This document shows positions 11,015 to 21,060 of a stretch of 64,000 nucleotides of DNA, piece after piece (position 1 is the stretch's first letter; every line of letters begins with the position of its first letter). The notes beneath the pieces are model-generated. The model was not told the DNA's origin, ran no database searches, and saw nothing but the letters and a program-made list of their open reading frames with translations. The position numbers were made by a program, and so were the translations under genes. Source of the DNA: Actinomycetota bacterium (GTDB taxonomy: Bacteria; Actinomycetota; UBA4738; HRBIN12); the NCBI GenBank assembly GCA_021325015.1, contig JAJPHY010000013.1:3800-67799 (forward strand), in the 5' to 3' direction.

Positions 11015-12225
11015 GCGCGGGGATCTACGTGCACGTGCCGTTCTGCCTCACGCGGTGCGGCTACTGCGATTTCAACGCCGTCGCCGGTATGGATCACCTT
11101 CGGTCGAGGTACGTGGCCGCGCTCCTGCGCGAGGCGGACCTCGTCTCGGGCGAGTGGACCGAGGAGGAGTTCGTGTCGATCTTCGTCGGCGGCGGCACCC
11201 CGACCACCCTCGACCCGGGCGACCTGAAGACGCTGCTGACCCGCGTGCGCGCGCGCTTCCGCGTTCGGGGCGACGCCGAGGTGACGGTGGAGGCCAATCC
11301 CGACACGGTCGATGCCGTGTCGCTCGAGCGCCTGCTCGCCGCCGGGTTCGAGCGCCTGTCGCTGGGGGCCCAGTCCTTCGATGGACACGTCCTGCGAGCA
11401 CTCGAGCGCGTTCACCCGCCCGAGGCGGTTCGGCGCGCCGTCCGGCAGGCGCGCGCGGCCGGCTATCGGAACCTGAACCTCGACCTGATCTACGGCGCCG
11501 AGGGGGAGACGCTCGAGTCCTGGGAGCGCACGCTCCTCGAGACCATCGACCTCGGACCGGAGCACGTGAGCGCCTACGCCCTCACGATCGAGCCCTCGAC
11601 TCCTCTCGGACGCAAGGTACGGGCGGGACTCGCTCGCCCGCCGGACCCCGACCTGCAGGCCGACATGTTCCTGCTCGCGGGCGAGACGCTCGCGTCGGCC
11701 GGCTACCAGCACTACGAGGTCTCGAACTGGGCACGGCCGGGGTTTGCGTGCGTCCACAACCTCGGCTACTGGGAGCGGCGGCCCTACGCGGGCTTGGGGG
11801 CCGGCGCGCACGCGTTCCGGGGCGACCGCCGGTGGTGGAACGTTCGCCCGCCCGAGCAGTACCTGCAGCTCGTCGAGGCCGGCCGCGCTCCGATCGGCGG
11901 GGAGGAGCGGCTTGATTCGTTCGACGCGTACCTCGAGGAGCTGCTGCTCCGGCTCAGGACCCTTCGGGGCGTGCCCGCGAGCTGGGTGTACCCGGGGGAT
12001 GCGGAGCCGTACCTGGAGGGCGGGCTGCTGGAGGATCGCGACGGGTACCTGGTCCCGACCGAGCGTGGAATGCTGCTGCTGAACGAGCTCGTCCTCGGGC
12101 CCGCGAGCGGGCCGGCCGGCCCCGGGCGCCGCGATGCCGCGCCCGGGGCGCGGGCGATTCCCGGGCCCGGTTGGCCAGCACGGACGGGTCCACGCACTCC
12201 CCCGTGGGGACTGCTAACAATGTAG
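11011..12225 (+). CDS. hemW: Radical SAM heme chaperone HemW (HemN-like, oxygen-independent coproporphyrinogen III oxidase family)
   Basis: [21 protein letters not shown] radical-SAM CxxxCxxC start. ATG 11011 overlaps lepA stop (ATGA). Confidence 0.85.
12191..12217 (+). promoter_or_regulatory. CIRCE-like inverted repeat (HrcA operator) immediately upstream of hrcA
   Basis: cacGCACTC-ccccgtggg-GAcTGCTAA versus consensus TTAGCACTC-N9-GAGTGCTAA: 14/18 match with the correct 9-nt spacer, ending 11 nt before the hrcA ATG. Confidence 0.55.
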
Positions 12226-12227
12226 GC

Positions 12228-13268
12228 ATGGCCGAATCCGAGCTCGGGGCGCGGAAGACGGCCGTGCTCCGCGCGGTCGTCGAGGAGTTCGTCCGAACGG
12301 GCGAGCCCGTCGGGAGCGAGACGATCGCGGAGCGCGCCGGCCTGGGGGTCTCGCCCGCCACGATCCGCAACGACATGGCCGCCCTCGAGGAGCTCGGCTA
12401 CCTCACCCACCCCCACACCTCGGCCGGCCGGATCCCGACCGACCTGGGGTACCGCCGCTACGTCGACACGCTCCCGGCGGGCGGGCGGCTCGGCGACGCC
12501 CAGCGCCGAGCGCTCACGGGATTCTTCGCACAGACCATGCGCGACCTCGAGGAGGTGTTGAAGGGGACGACCCTGCTGCTCTCCCGCATGACCCAGTACG
12601 CGGGGCTCGCGGTCCCCCCCGCGATGGGCGAGGAGCCGATCCTCCGCGTCGAGCTCATCGACATGGGCCCGACCGTCATGGTGCTCGTCGTGGGCCAGCA
12701 CGGACGGGTCGAGAAGGCGATCGTCGATCGCCCGCGTGACCTGGACGGGCAGGCCGTGGAGTCGCTCGAGCGTCGCGTGGGCGACGCGTTTCGCGGGCGG
12801 AGCCTGCCGGAGGCGCGGGCCCGCGCCCTGAGACTCGCCGGCGAGTCTCCGCCCGCCGAGCGCGAGCTGCTCATGGTCGTCGCGAACATCCTGGCCGAGA
12901 TGCAGCAGGGGATGCGGGGCGAGCACGTGATGGTGGGCGGTGCCGCGAACCTCGCGGACGAGGCAGCGCACTGGCGGCGCGAGACGGTTCGGCGCCTGTT
13001 CGAAGCGCTCGAACACGAGTCGGAGATCCTCCGGCTGCTCCGCGGGGTGGCGCCCGACGAGGACGTCTCGGTGACGATCGGGCGGGAGCACCCCTCGACG
13101 GACGAGTGGCAGGCCGCGGTCGTCGCCGCTCCGTTCCGGGCCGGGGAGATGCAGGTTGGAACGATCGGCGTCGTCGGTCCGACCGCGATGGACTACCTGA
13201 CGGTCGTGGCGTCCGTCCGCGCGGTGGCCAAACGTCTGTCGGAGCTCGCGACCGAGCTGGGCGCCTGA
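12228..13268 (+). CDS. hrcA: Heat-inducible transcription repressor HrcA
   Basis: MAESELGARKTAVLRAVVEEFVRTGEPVGSETIAERAGLGVSPATIRNDMAALEELGYL is a canonical HrcA N-terminus; followed by dnaJ. Confidence 0.92.
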   Translation: MAESELGARKTAVLRAVVEEFVRTGEPVGSETIAERAGLGVSPATIRNDMAALEELGYLTHPHTSAGRIPTDLGYRRYVDTLPAGGRLGDAQRRALTGFFAQTMRDLEEVLKGTTLLLSRMTQYAGLAVPPAMGEEPILRVELIDMGPTVMVLVVGQHGRVEKAIVDRPRDLDGQAVESLERRVGDAFRGRSLPEARARALRLAGESPPAERELLMVVANILAEMQQGMRGEHVMVGGAANLADEAAHWRRETVRRLFEALEHESEILRLLRGVAPDEDVSVTIGREHPSTDEWQAAVVAAPFRAGEMQVGTIGVVGPTAMDYLTVVASVRAVAKRLSELATELGA

Positions 13269-13274
13269 CGCGCC

Positions 13275-14384
13275 ATGGCCGGGGTCCGAGACCTCTACGA
13301 GATCCTCGGGGTTCCGCGTGACGCGACGCAGGACGAGATCAAGCGGGCCTACCGTCGACTGGCTCGCGAGCTGCACCCCGACGTGAGCAACGACCCTTCG
13401 ACGGAGGAGCGGTTCAAAGAGGTCACCGCCGCTTACGAGATCCTCTCGGATCCGGACAAGCGACGCCAGTACGACCGGTACGGGCAGGGGGGAGCCGACG
13501 TCTTCCCGTTCGGCGACATCGGCGACCTGTTCGAGGCCTTTTTCGGGACGGGGACGTTCGGTCGCCGGCGGCCCGCGCGCAGATCGCGGACCCGGCGTGG
13601 AGAAGATGTGTTCGCCTCCGTCTCCCTCACGTTCGCCGAGGCCGCGTTCGGGGTGCACCGCGAGGTCGAGGTCGAGCTCCTGGAGACGTGCGACCGGTGC
13701 TCGGGACTGGGAGCCGAGCCCGGGACGGGGCCGACCCGCTGCCGCACCTGTGGCGGCACTGGCCAGATCCAGGACGTGAGGCGGAGCATCTTCGGGACGG
13801 TGATGACCGCTCAGACCTGTCCCGTGTGTGGGGGCGTCGGGGAGGAGATCGTGGAGCGGTGCGCCTCGTGTCGCGGCGAGGGGCGGCTCCGGGTTTCGCG
13901 CCCCATCCCCGTGGAGATCCCCGCCGGGGTCTCCGACGGGATGGATCTGCGGGTGCCGGGAGCCGGCAACGCCGGGACCGGCGGTGGGCCGCCCGGCGAT
14001 CTGTACCTGTCGATCACGGTGGAGCCGAGCCCGGTCTTCGAGCGGCGGGGAGACGACCTCGCGGCCGTGCTCGAGGTCTCGATGGTGCAGGCCGCGCTCG
14101 GCGCGGAGCTCGAGGTCGAGACCCTGGACGGGACGGAGCGCGTTCGCCTGGAGCCGGGTACGCAGTCGGGCGCGGTGATCCAGCTCCGCGGCAAGGGGAT
14201 GCCGCACCTCGACCGGCGGGGACGCGGGGACCTGTTGCTCACCGTGCACGTGCGGACGCCCACCGACCTGCGCCGAGAGGAGCGGCAACTCCTGGAGCGC
14301 ATGGCGGAGCTCCGCGGCGAGCCGGTCGGCAAGCACGCCGTCGCTCGCGGCACGATGCGGCGTCCGAGCCGGCGCGAGCGATGA
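13275..14384 (+). CDS. dnaJ: Chaperone DnaJ
   Basis: J-domain (DLYEILGVPRDATQDEIKRAYRRLARELHPD), G/F region, four CxxCxGxG zinc-finger repeats, C-terminal domain. Confidence 0.95.
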   Translation: MAGVRDLYEILGVPRDATQDEIKRAYRRLARELHPDVSNDPSTEERFKEVTAAYEILSDPDKRRQYDRYGQGGADVFPFGDIGDLFEAFFGTGTFGRRRPARRSRTRRGEDVFASVSLTFAEAAFGVHREVEVELLETCDRCSGLGAEPGTGPTRCRTCGGTGQIQDVRRSIFGTVMTAQTCPVCGGVGEEIVERCASCRGEGRLRVSRPIPVEIPAGVSDGMDLRVPGAGNAGTGGGPPGDLYLSITVEPSPVFERRGDDLAAVLEVSMVQAALGAELEVETLDGTERVRLEPGTQSGAVIQLRGKGMPHLDRRGRGDLLLTVHVRTPTDLRREERQLLERMAELRGEPVGKHAVARGTMRRPSRRER

Positions 14385-14536
14385 GTCCGGCTGCCCGGGT
14401 CGCGGAGATGGTCGCGAGCGCCCGGCGCCCGCAGTAGAATGGGTTTCGCTTGGGGTCGTCGGGGGACGGCCCCTTTTCAACAGGAGGAGCGGGGGAGCAC
14501 CCCAGGAAGACGCACTTGGCGAGAGCCGGCACGCAA

Positions 14537-15493
14537 GTGAAGATCCTCGTGCCCGGCGACCAGTCGATGGTCGCCCTTCTCGGCCAGCGCGACGAGCTCC
14601 TCAAGCTCATCGAGGCGGCCTTCGACTCGCAGATCGTCGTTCGAGGCAACGAGATCACGATCTCGGGCCCCGGGGACGAGGTAGAGCGGGTCGGCCGGCT
14701 GTTCGAGGAGCTCCTCACCTTGCTCGAGCGAGGCCACGAGCTCACGGCGGCCTCGGTGGGTCGTTCCATCGAGCTCATCAAGGGGGACGAGGCCACGCCG
14801 ACGGAGGTCCTCGGCGACATCCTGCTCACGAGCCGGGGCAAGGGGATCGCGCCGAAGACCCTGGGGCAGAAGCGGTACGTCGACGCGATGCGGCGGGCGA
14901 CGCTCACGTTCGCGATCGGCCCCGCCGGGACCGGAAAGACCTACCTGGCCGTCGCAACGGCGGTTCGCGCGCTCCAGGAGAAGCAGGTGTCGCGTCTGAT
15001 CCTCACGCGGCCGGCCGTCGAGGCGGGCGAGCGCCTCGGATTCCTGCCGGGGACGCTGTACGAGAAGATCGATCCCTACATGCGCCCGCTGTACGACGCC
15101 CTGTTCGAGATGACGGGCGCCGAGACCCTTCCCCGACTGATGGAGCGAGGCACGATCGAGGTCGCGCCGATCGCGTACATGCGGGGCAGGACGCTGAACG
15201 ACGCGTTCATCATCCTCGACGAGGCGCAGAACACGACCCCCGAGCAGATGAAGATGTTCCTCACCAGGCTCGGGTTCGGCTCCAAGGCCGTCGTGAACGG
15301 CGACGTCACGCAGATCGACCTCCCGAACGGGCAGCAGTCGGGACTCGTGATCGTCGAGGAGATCCTCCAGGGCATCGTGGGGATCGAGTTCTGCCACCTC
15401 GGTGCGCGGGACGTCGTGCGCCACAAGATCGTCCAGGACATCGTGGAGGCGTACCGCTTGCACTCGGAGAAGCGGGCGCGCGCCGATGGCTGA
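14537..15493 (+). CDS. phoH: PhoH-like ATPase (KH + PhoH NTPase)
   Basis: Walker A GPAGTGKTYLAV, PhoH signature RLILTRPAVEAGERLGFLPGTL. Start is uncertain (GTG 14537, TTG 14515 or TTG 14450); AGGAGG at 14481. Confidence 0.85.
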   Translation: MKILVPGDQSMVALLGQRDELLKLIEAAFDSQIVVRGNEITISGPGDEVERVGRLFEELLTLLERGHELTAASVGRSIELIKGDEATPTEVLGDILLTSRGKGIAPKTLGQKRYVDAMRRATLTFAIGPAGTGKTYLAVATAVRALQEKQVSRLILTRPAVEAGERLGFLPGTLYEKIDPYMRPLYDALFEMTGAETLPRLMERGTIEVAPIAYMRGRTLNDAFIILDEAQNTTPEQMKMFLTRLGFGSKAVVNGDVTQIDLPNGQQSGLVIVEEILQGIVGIEFCHLGARDVVRHKIVQDIVEAYRLHSEKRARADG

Positions 15494-15923
15494 GGACGAG
15501 CATCGCCCGAGGATCCTGGTCTCGAATCGGCAGCGCGCGCCGATCGACGAAGGCGCCCTGGTGACGGCCGCGATCGAGTGTCTGCGCGGCGAGGGGGTCG
15601 GCGGGTGCGAGCTCTCGGTCTCCCTCGTCACCGACCAGGAGATGGCCGACCTCCACCTGCGCTACGCGGGCGAGGAGGGACCGACCGACGTCTTGTCGTT
15701 CCCGATGGACGAGGTCGACGAGGAAGGCGTCCGGCTGCTCGGGGACGTCGTGCTCGCGCCGGCGGTCGCGGCCGCCAACAACCCGGCGGACCCGAGCGCC
15801 GAGCTCCGCCTGCTCCTGGTCCACGGGATCCTCCACTTGCTCGGGTACGACCACGAGGGCGAGCGGGAGCGGGCCGAGATGTGGGCCAGGCAGGAGCGCT
15901 ACACAGGGGTTCGCGTCCCGTGA
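15486..15923 (+). CDS. ybeY: rRNA maturation endoribonuclease YbeY
   Basis: HGILHLLGYDHE zinc-binding motif; ATG 15486 lies 5 nt before the phoH stop. Confidence 0.9.
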   Translation: MAEDEHRPRILVSNRQRAPIDEGALVTAAIECLRGEGVGGCELSVSLVTDQEMADLHLRYAGEEGPTDVLSFPMDEVDEEGVRLLGDVVLAPAVAAANNPADPSAELRLLLVHGILHLLGYDHEGERERAEMWARQERYTGVRVP

Positions 15924-17200
15924 CCGGGTGGAGCTGGTTCGAGCTCGCGTCGATCGTCCTGCTCGTCCTGGCCGTCGGGATCCTCGGCGCCTCCGAGGTG
16001 TCGATCACGCGGGTGAACCGGGTTCGCGCCTACCGGTTCGCCGAGGAGAAGCGCCGGGGGTCGGGCTCGCTCGTCAAGATCGCGGAGAACCCGGCCCCCT
16101 ACCTGAACGTCGTCCTGCTCCTCACGCTCCTTGCCACGATCGGCGGGACAACGCTCGCGACCTCGCTCGCCGTCCGGGTCTTCCACGGCGCGGGGGAGCT
16201 GATCGCGACCGTCGCGATGACGGTGTTGCTGTTCGTGTTCGCGGACGTGACGCCCAAGACCTTCGCGATCCAGCAGACCGACCGCGTGGCCCTGTTCCTC
16301 GCCCCGCTGCTCGTCGGCCTCGGCCGCCTCGTCGGTCCGCTTGCCACGGGGCTCGTGCGCGTCGCGAACGCGATCATGCCGGGCAAGGGGCTCCCGCACG
16401 GTCCGTTTATCACCGAGCGCGAGATCCGCGCGCTGGCCGAGGTGGCCTCGGACGAGGATCAGATCGAGGAGGAGGAGAAGGAGCTCATCCACTCGATCTT
16501 CGAGTTCGGGGACACGATCGTCCGCGAGGTCATGGTTCCCAAGCCCGACATCGTGGCGATCGAGGGCGGCAAGGCCCTCCGCGACGTGCAGGAGATCGTG
16601 CTGCAGCACGGCTTCTCGCGCATCCCCGTCTACGAGGAGGACCTCGACAACGTGATCGGGCTGGTCTACGCGAAGGACGTGTTGAAGGCGCTCCACCAGG
16701 GACGGCGGGACCTGCCCCTGCGCGACCTCGTTCGGCCGGCGCACTTCGTCCCGGAGCAGAAGAAGGTGGCCGACTTGCTTCGGGAGATGCAGCGGGAGAA
16801 GTTTCACATCGCCGTGGTGACCGACGAGTACGGGTCGGTCGTCGGGCTCGTGACCCTCGAGGACCTGCTCGAGGAGCTCGTCGGAGAGATCTCCGACGAG
16901 TACGATCGCGAGGAGCCGGAGGTCGTGGAGCTCGGGGAGGGCGTCTACCGGGTCGACGGAAAGGTCTCGATCGGCGAGCTGAACGAGCTCCTCGACGTCG
17001 AGCTTCCCGACGAGGAGTGGGACACGGTCGGAGGCCTCATGCTGGGGCTCCTCGGCTCGATCCCCGCGGAGGGCGAGGAGGTCGGGTACGAGAACCTCAC
17101 GTTCCGCGCCGAGCGGGTTCAGGGGCGCCGGATCGCGAAAGTGCTGATCACGCGGCACGAGGCGTCGGACCCGAACGCGGAGGAGGTGCCCGCTCCATGA
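15920..17200 (+). CDS. CNNM/CorC-HlyC family transporter (DUF21 membrane domain + tandem CBS + CorC_HlyC)
   Basis: N-terminal 4-TM DUF21, two CBS motifs, C-terminal transporter-associated domain. GTGA overlap with ybeY stop. Confidence 0.85.
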   Translation: MTGWSWFELASIVLLVLAVGILGASEVSITRVNRVRAYRFAEEKRRGSGSLVKIAENPAPYLNVVLLLTLLATIGGTTLATSLAVRVFHGAGELIATVAMTVLLFVFADVTPKTFAIQQTDRVALFLAPLLVGLGRLVGPLATGLVRVANAIMPGKGLPHGPFITEREIRALAEVASDEDQIEEEEKELIHSIFEFGDTIVREVMVPKPDIVAIEGGKALRDVQEIVLQHGFSRIPVYEEDLDNVIGLVYAKDVLKALHQGRRDLPLRDLVRPAHFVPEQKKVADLLREMQREKFHIAVVTDEYGSVVGLVTLEDLLEELVGEISDEYDREEPEVVELGEGVYRVDGKVSIGELNELLDVELPDEEWDTVGGLMLGLLGSIPAEGEEVGYENLTFRAERVQGRRIAKVLITRHEASDPNAEEVPAP

Positions 17201-17613
17201 GCGCGCCGGACCGGCCCGACCCCGAGCTCCTGGATCGACTGGTCGCCGCGGCGCGGGCGGCGCGCGAGCGCGCCTACGCCCCGTACAGCCGGTTCGCGGT
17301 CGGAGCCGCCGTGCTCGCGGGGGGGCGGGTCTACCCCGGCGTGAACGTCGAGAACGCGTCCTACCCGCAGGGCATCTGCGCGGAGCGGGCGGCCGTCGCG
17401 GCCGCCGTGACTGCCGGGGAGCGGAGCATCGACGCCGTGGCCGTCGTCGGCTCGAGCGAGGACGTCACCCCGCCCTGCGGCGGGTGTCGGCAGGTGCTGC
17501 ACGAGTTCGGGCCGCTCATGCTGGTGGTCGCCGAGTCCCCGGGGGGCGCCCGGGCGGAGTGGACGCTGTCCGAGCTGCTGCCCGCCGCGTTCGGGCCGCG
17601 CTCGCTCGCCTGA
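17197..17613 (+). CDS. cdd: Cytidine deaminase
   Basis: 139 aa, zinc motifs CAERAAV...PCGGCRQ; ATGA overlap with the upstream stop. Confidence 0.85.
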   Translation: MSAPDRPDPELLDRLVAAARAARERAYAPYSRFAVGAAVLAGGRVYPGVNVENASYPQGICAERAAVAAAVTAGERSIDAVAVVGSSEDVTPPCGGCRQVLHEFGPLMLVVAESPGGARAEWTLSELLPAAFGPRSLA

Positions 17614-17615
17614 GC

Positions 17616-18503
17616 GTGGCCGGGGGGTTTCGCTCCGGCGTCGTGGCGGTGGTGGGCCGCCCGAACGTCGGCAAGTCCACCCTGGTCAACGCGCTCGTCG
17701 GTCAGAAGGTCGCGATCGTTTCGGACAAGCCGCAGACGACGCGGCGCGGGATCCGCGGGATCCTCACGACCGAGTCGTTCCAGCTCGTCCTCACCGACAC
17801 CCCGGGGTTTCACAAGCCGCGGACGCCGCTCGGCGCGCGGCTGAACGAGATCGTCGAGGAGGCCGCGACGGGGGTCGATGCGATCGTCCTGGTGGTGGAC
17901 GCCGCTGCCGGCGTCGGGCGCGGCGACGCCTACGTGTTCGAGCGGCAGGTGGCGCCGCAGCCGTGCCCGAAGATCTGCGCGGTGAACAAGGTCGATGCCC
18001 TGCGGGGCCGTCGAGAGATCCCCCAGCTCGCCCGGGCGGCCGAGCTGGGCGAGTTCGACGAGATCGTTCCGATCTCGGCAAAGACCGGCGCTGGGGTCGG
18101 GCTCCTGCTCGACCTCCTGGTGCGATGCCTGCCGGAGGGCCCCCCGTTGTACCCACCGGGCGAGGTGACCGACCAGCCCGTCGAGGTTCGTCTGGCGGAG
18201 ATCGTTCGCGAGAAGGCGCTCGCGGTCCTGCGCGAGGAGGTCCCGCACTCCGTCGCGGTCGTCGTAGACGAGCTCGAGCGGGGCGACGACCTGGTCCACG
18301 TGCGCGCGACCCTCGTCGTCGAGCGCGAGTCCCAGAAGGGGATCGTGATCGGCCGCGGCGGCGAGATGCTGAAGACGATCGGCACGCGGGCGCGGGAGGA
18401 GATGGAGCTCGTGCTCGGCTCGAGGGTCTATCTGGATCTCCGCGTCAAGGTCCTGAGGGAGTGGCAGCGCGATCCGAGGGCGCTCGCGCGCCTGGGTTTC
18501 TGA
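17616..18503 (+). CDS. era: GTPase Era
   Basis: G1 GRPNVGKST, DTPG, NKVD, C-terminal KH domain; GTG 17616 is 2 nt after the cdd stop. Confidence 0.93.
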   Translation: MAGGFRSGVVAVVGRPNVGKSTLVNALVGQKVAIVSDKPQTTRRGIRGILTTESFQLVLTDTPGFHKPRTPLGARLNEIVEEAATGVDAIVLVVDAAAGVGRGDAYVFERQVAPQPCPKICAVNKVDALRGRREIPQLARAAELGEFDEIVPISAKTGAGVGLLLDLLVRCLPEGPPLYPPGEVTDQPVEVRLAEIVREKALAVLREEVPHSVAVVVDELERGDDLVHVRATLVVERESQKGIVIGRGGEMLKTIGTRAREEMELVLGSRVYLDLRVKVLREWQRDPRALARLGF

Positions 18504-18590
18504 CCTCGGGCCCTCAGCGGCGATCGAGCGACCGGGCTCCAGGGCCGGGCGCGGGGATTCGGCTACCATGGCGGTCCGGGCGAGAGGCGG

Positions 18591-19553
18591 ATGATGTCGC
18601 AGACTGCCGAGATCCAGCCGGGCGGCGTCGGCACGCAGGCCTTCGGGCCGCGGGACGCGGCTCGCCTGGTCGCCCGCACGACGGCCGTCGACGCCGTGGG
18701 GCTCGAGGAGCGCGCGGCCTCGCTCGGCAAGCGCTCGATCAAGCGGGAGTCCAAGCTCTGGGCGCTGGACCTCGCGATCCGCTGCACGGACCTCACCACG
18801 CTCGAAGGGGCGGACACGGCCGGCAAGGTGGTCGCGATGTGCGCGAAGGCGGTCCGGCCGAACCCCATCGACCCGTCGATCCCCTCGGTCGCCGCGGTCT
18901 GCCTGTACCCTGAGCTCGTGCCGGTCGCGCTCGGGCAGCTGAAGGGGACCGGGGTTCGTGTGGCGAGCGTGGCCGGCGGGTTCCCGAGCGGCCTCGGCCC
19001 GCTCGACGCACGCCTGCGGGAGGTCCGCGAGGTGGTCGAGATGGGTGCGCACGAGGTGGACATCGTGCTGAACCGCTCGTTGTTCCTCGCCGGACGCTAC
19101 GCGCAGGCCTTCGAGGAGCTCCGCGCGGCGCGCGAGGCGGCCGAGGGCGTCCACCTGAAGGTGATCCTCGAGGTCGGCGAGCTCGGCAGCTACGACCGGG
19201 TCCGGCAGGCGAGCGTGCTGGCCATGGCCGCCGGCGCGGACTTCATCAAGACCTCGACCGGCAAGCTCTCCACGGGGGCGACGTTACCCTCCGCGCTCTG
19301 CATGATGGAGGCCGCGCGGGACTTCTCCCGCGAGACCGGTCGCCCCGTCGGCATCAAGGTCGCCGGTGGCATCCGGCGCTCGAAGCAGGCCGTTCAGTAC
19401 CTGGTGCTGCTGTACGAGACGCTCGGGCCCGAGTGGATGACGCCCGAGCGCTTCCGCATCGGCGCCTCCTCGCTCCTGAACGACGTCCTGATGCAGATCG
19501 ACAAGGAGCGAACCGGCCGCTACCAGGGTCCCGACTACTTCACGATCGATTGA
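18591..19553 (+). CDS. deoC: Deoxyribose-phosphate aldolase (long actinobacterial form)
   Basis: DeoC TIM-barrel motifs incl. Schiff-base lysine region FIKTSTGK and VGIKVAGGIR. Confidence 0.85.
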   Translation: MMSQTAEIQPGGVGTQAFGPRDAARLVARTTAVDAVGLEERAASLGKRSIKRESKLWALDLAIRCTDLTTLEGADTAGKVVAMCAKAVRPNPIDPSIPSVAAVCLYPELVPVALGQLKGTGVRVASVAGGFPSGLGPLDARLREVREVVEMGAHEVDIVLNRSLFLAGRYAQAFEELRAAREAAEGVHLKVILEVGELGSYDRVRQASVLAMAAGADFIKTSTGKLSTGATLPSALCMMEAARDFSRETGRPVGIKVAGGIRRSKQAVQYLVLLYETLGPEWMTPERFRIGASSLLNDVLMQIDKERTGRYQGPDYFTID

Positions 19554-19563
19554 GGCGACCGAC

Positions 19564-21060
19564 ATGAGCGAGATCGAGCGACGCGAGGATCGGACGCCGG
19601 GGCGGCGAGGACCCTGGGCGTACTCGAGCGCGCCCGAGGGCCGGGAGATCGTCAGGCTGCAGGATCGGTACGACCTCTTCGTCGGGGGCAGGTTCATCGA
19701 GCCGAAGTCCGGCCGCTACTTCGAGACGATCAACCCGGCCACGGAGGAGACGCTCGCCCAGGTTGCCGAGGCCGGCGAGGAGGACGTCGATCTCGCGGTC
19801 CGGGCTGCGCGCGAGGCGTGGGAGGAGCGGTGGCGAGACCTCCCCGGCAAGGAACGGGCCAAGTACCTGTACCGAATCGCGCGCGCGCTCCAGGAGCGCT
19901 CCCGCGAGTTCGCGGTGCTCGAGACCATGAACAACGGCAAGCCGATCAAGGAGTCGCGCGACGTCGACGTGCCGCTCGCGGCCGCGCACTTCTTCTACTA
20001 CGCGGGTTGGGCGGACAAGATCGAGTACGCTTTCCCCGGCCGCACGCCGCGACCGCTCGGGGTCGCGGCGCAGATCACGCCGTGGAACTTCCCCCTGCTG
20101 ATGTGCGCGTGGAAGCTGGCACCGGCGCTCGCGACCGGCAACACCGCCGTGCTGAAGCCCGCCTCGACCACGCCGCTCACGGCGTTCCTGCTGGCCGAGG
20201 TCATCGAGCAGGCGGAGCTGCCGCCGGGCGTGGTGAACGTGATCCCCGGTCCCGGCGGCCGGACGGGGGAGTGGCTCGCCAGGCACCCCGACGTCGCGAA
20301 GATCGCGTTCACCGGGTCGACCGAGATCGGGAAGATCCTGCGGCGGAGCGTGGCCGGGACCGGTAAGCGCCTGACGCTCGAGCTCGGGGGCAAGGCCGCG
20401 AACATCGTGTTCGAGGACGCGCCCCTCGATCAGGCGATCGAGGGGATCGTGAACGGCATCTTCTTCAACCAGGGCGAGGTCTGCTGCGCCGGCTCGCGTC
20501 TGTTCGTGCAGGAGTCCGTGTTCGAGGTCGTGCTCGACAAGCTGAAGGCGCGTCTGGACACCCTGCGCGTGGGTGACCCGCTCGACAAGAACACCGACGT
20601 GGGCGCGATCAACTCGCGTGACCAGCTCGAGAAGATCACCGAGCTCGTCCAGAGCGGGATCGAGGAGGGCGCCGAGATCTACCAGCCCGACTGCCCGCTG
20701 CCCGAGCGCGGGTTCTGGTTCCGGCCGACCCTGTTCACCAACGTGTCGCAGTCGCACCGGATCGCGCGGGAGGAGATCTTCGGACCGGTGCTCTCGATCC
20801 TCACGTTCCGCACGCCGGAGGAGGCGGTCGAGAAGGCCAACAACACGCCGTACGGGCTGTCCGCCGGCATCTGGACCGAGAAGGGTTCCCGGATCCTGTG
20901 GATGGCCGAGCGCATGAAGGCCGGTGTCGTGTGGGCGAACACGTTCAACCGGTTCGATCCCTCCTCGCCGTTCGGCGGGTACAAGGAGAGCGGGTTCGGG
21001 CGCGAGGGCGGCCGGCACGGGCTCGAGCCGTACCTCGACCTGGACGGGAGCGGGAGATGA
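19564..21060 (+). CDS. NAD(P)-dependent aldehyde dehydrogenase
   Basis: Full ALDH: catalytic Glu in LELGGKAANIVFEDA, catalytic Cys in FFNQGEVCCAGSRLFVQE, GSTEIG cofactor motif. Confidence 0.9.
   Translation: MSEIERREDRTPGRRGPWAYSSAPEGREIVRLQDRYDLFVGGRFIEPKSGRYFETINPATEETLAQVAEAGEEDVDLAVRAAREAWEERWRDLPGKERAKYLYRIARALQERSREFAVLETMNNGKPIKESRDVDVPLAAAHFFYYAGWADKIEYAFPGRTPRPLGVAAQITPWNFPLLMCAWKLAPALATGNTAVLKPASTTPLTAFLLAEVIEQAELPPGVVNVIPGPGGRTGEWLARHPDVAKIAFTGSTEIGKILRRSVAGTGKRLTLELGGKAANIVFEDAPLDQAIEGIVNGIFFNQGEVCCAGSRLFVQESVFEVVLDKLKARLDTLRVGDPLDKNTDVGAINSRDQLEKITELVQSGIEEGAEIYQPDCPLPERGFWFRPTLFTNVSQSHRIAREEIFGPVLSILTFRTPEEAVEKANNTPYGLSAGIWTEKGSRILWMAERMKAGVVWANTFNRFDPSSPFGGYKESGFGREGGRHGLEPYLDLDGSGR

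Noticed and set aside
14455-14473. Terminator-like hairpin GGGGACGGCCCC followed by TTTT after dnaJ
   Set aside because: Only a 4-5 bp stem, and it lies inside the possible 5' extension of phoH, so it is too weak to call an intrinsic terminator. It may still mark that phoH really starts downstream (14515/14537).
15928-17613. ORF-track entries that fuse several genes or carry long N-terminal extensions (15928-17613, 21179-22732, 21967-23472, 33942-36098, 52377-54233, 23616-24524)
   Set aside because: Only the C-terminal parts match real proteins (cdd, recO, uppS, dnaG, the beta-helix membrane protein, the zinc-ribbon protein). The upstream portions are low-complexity, so I re-annotated from internal start codons that sit at 4-nt overlaps or have RBSs.
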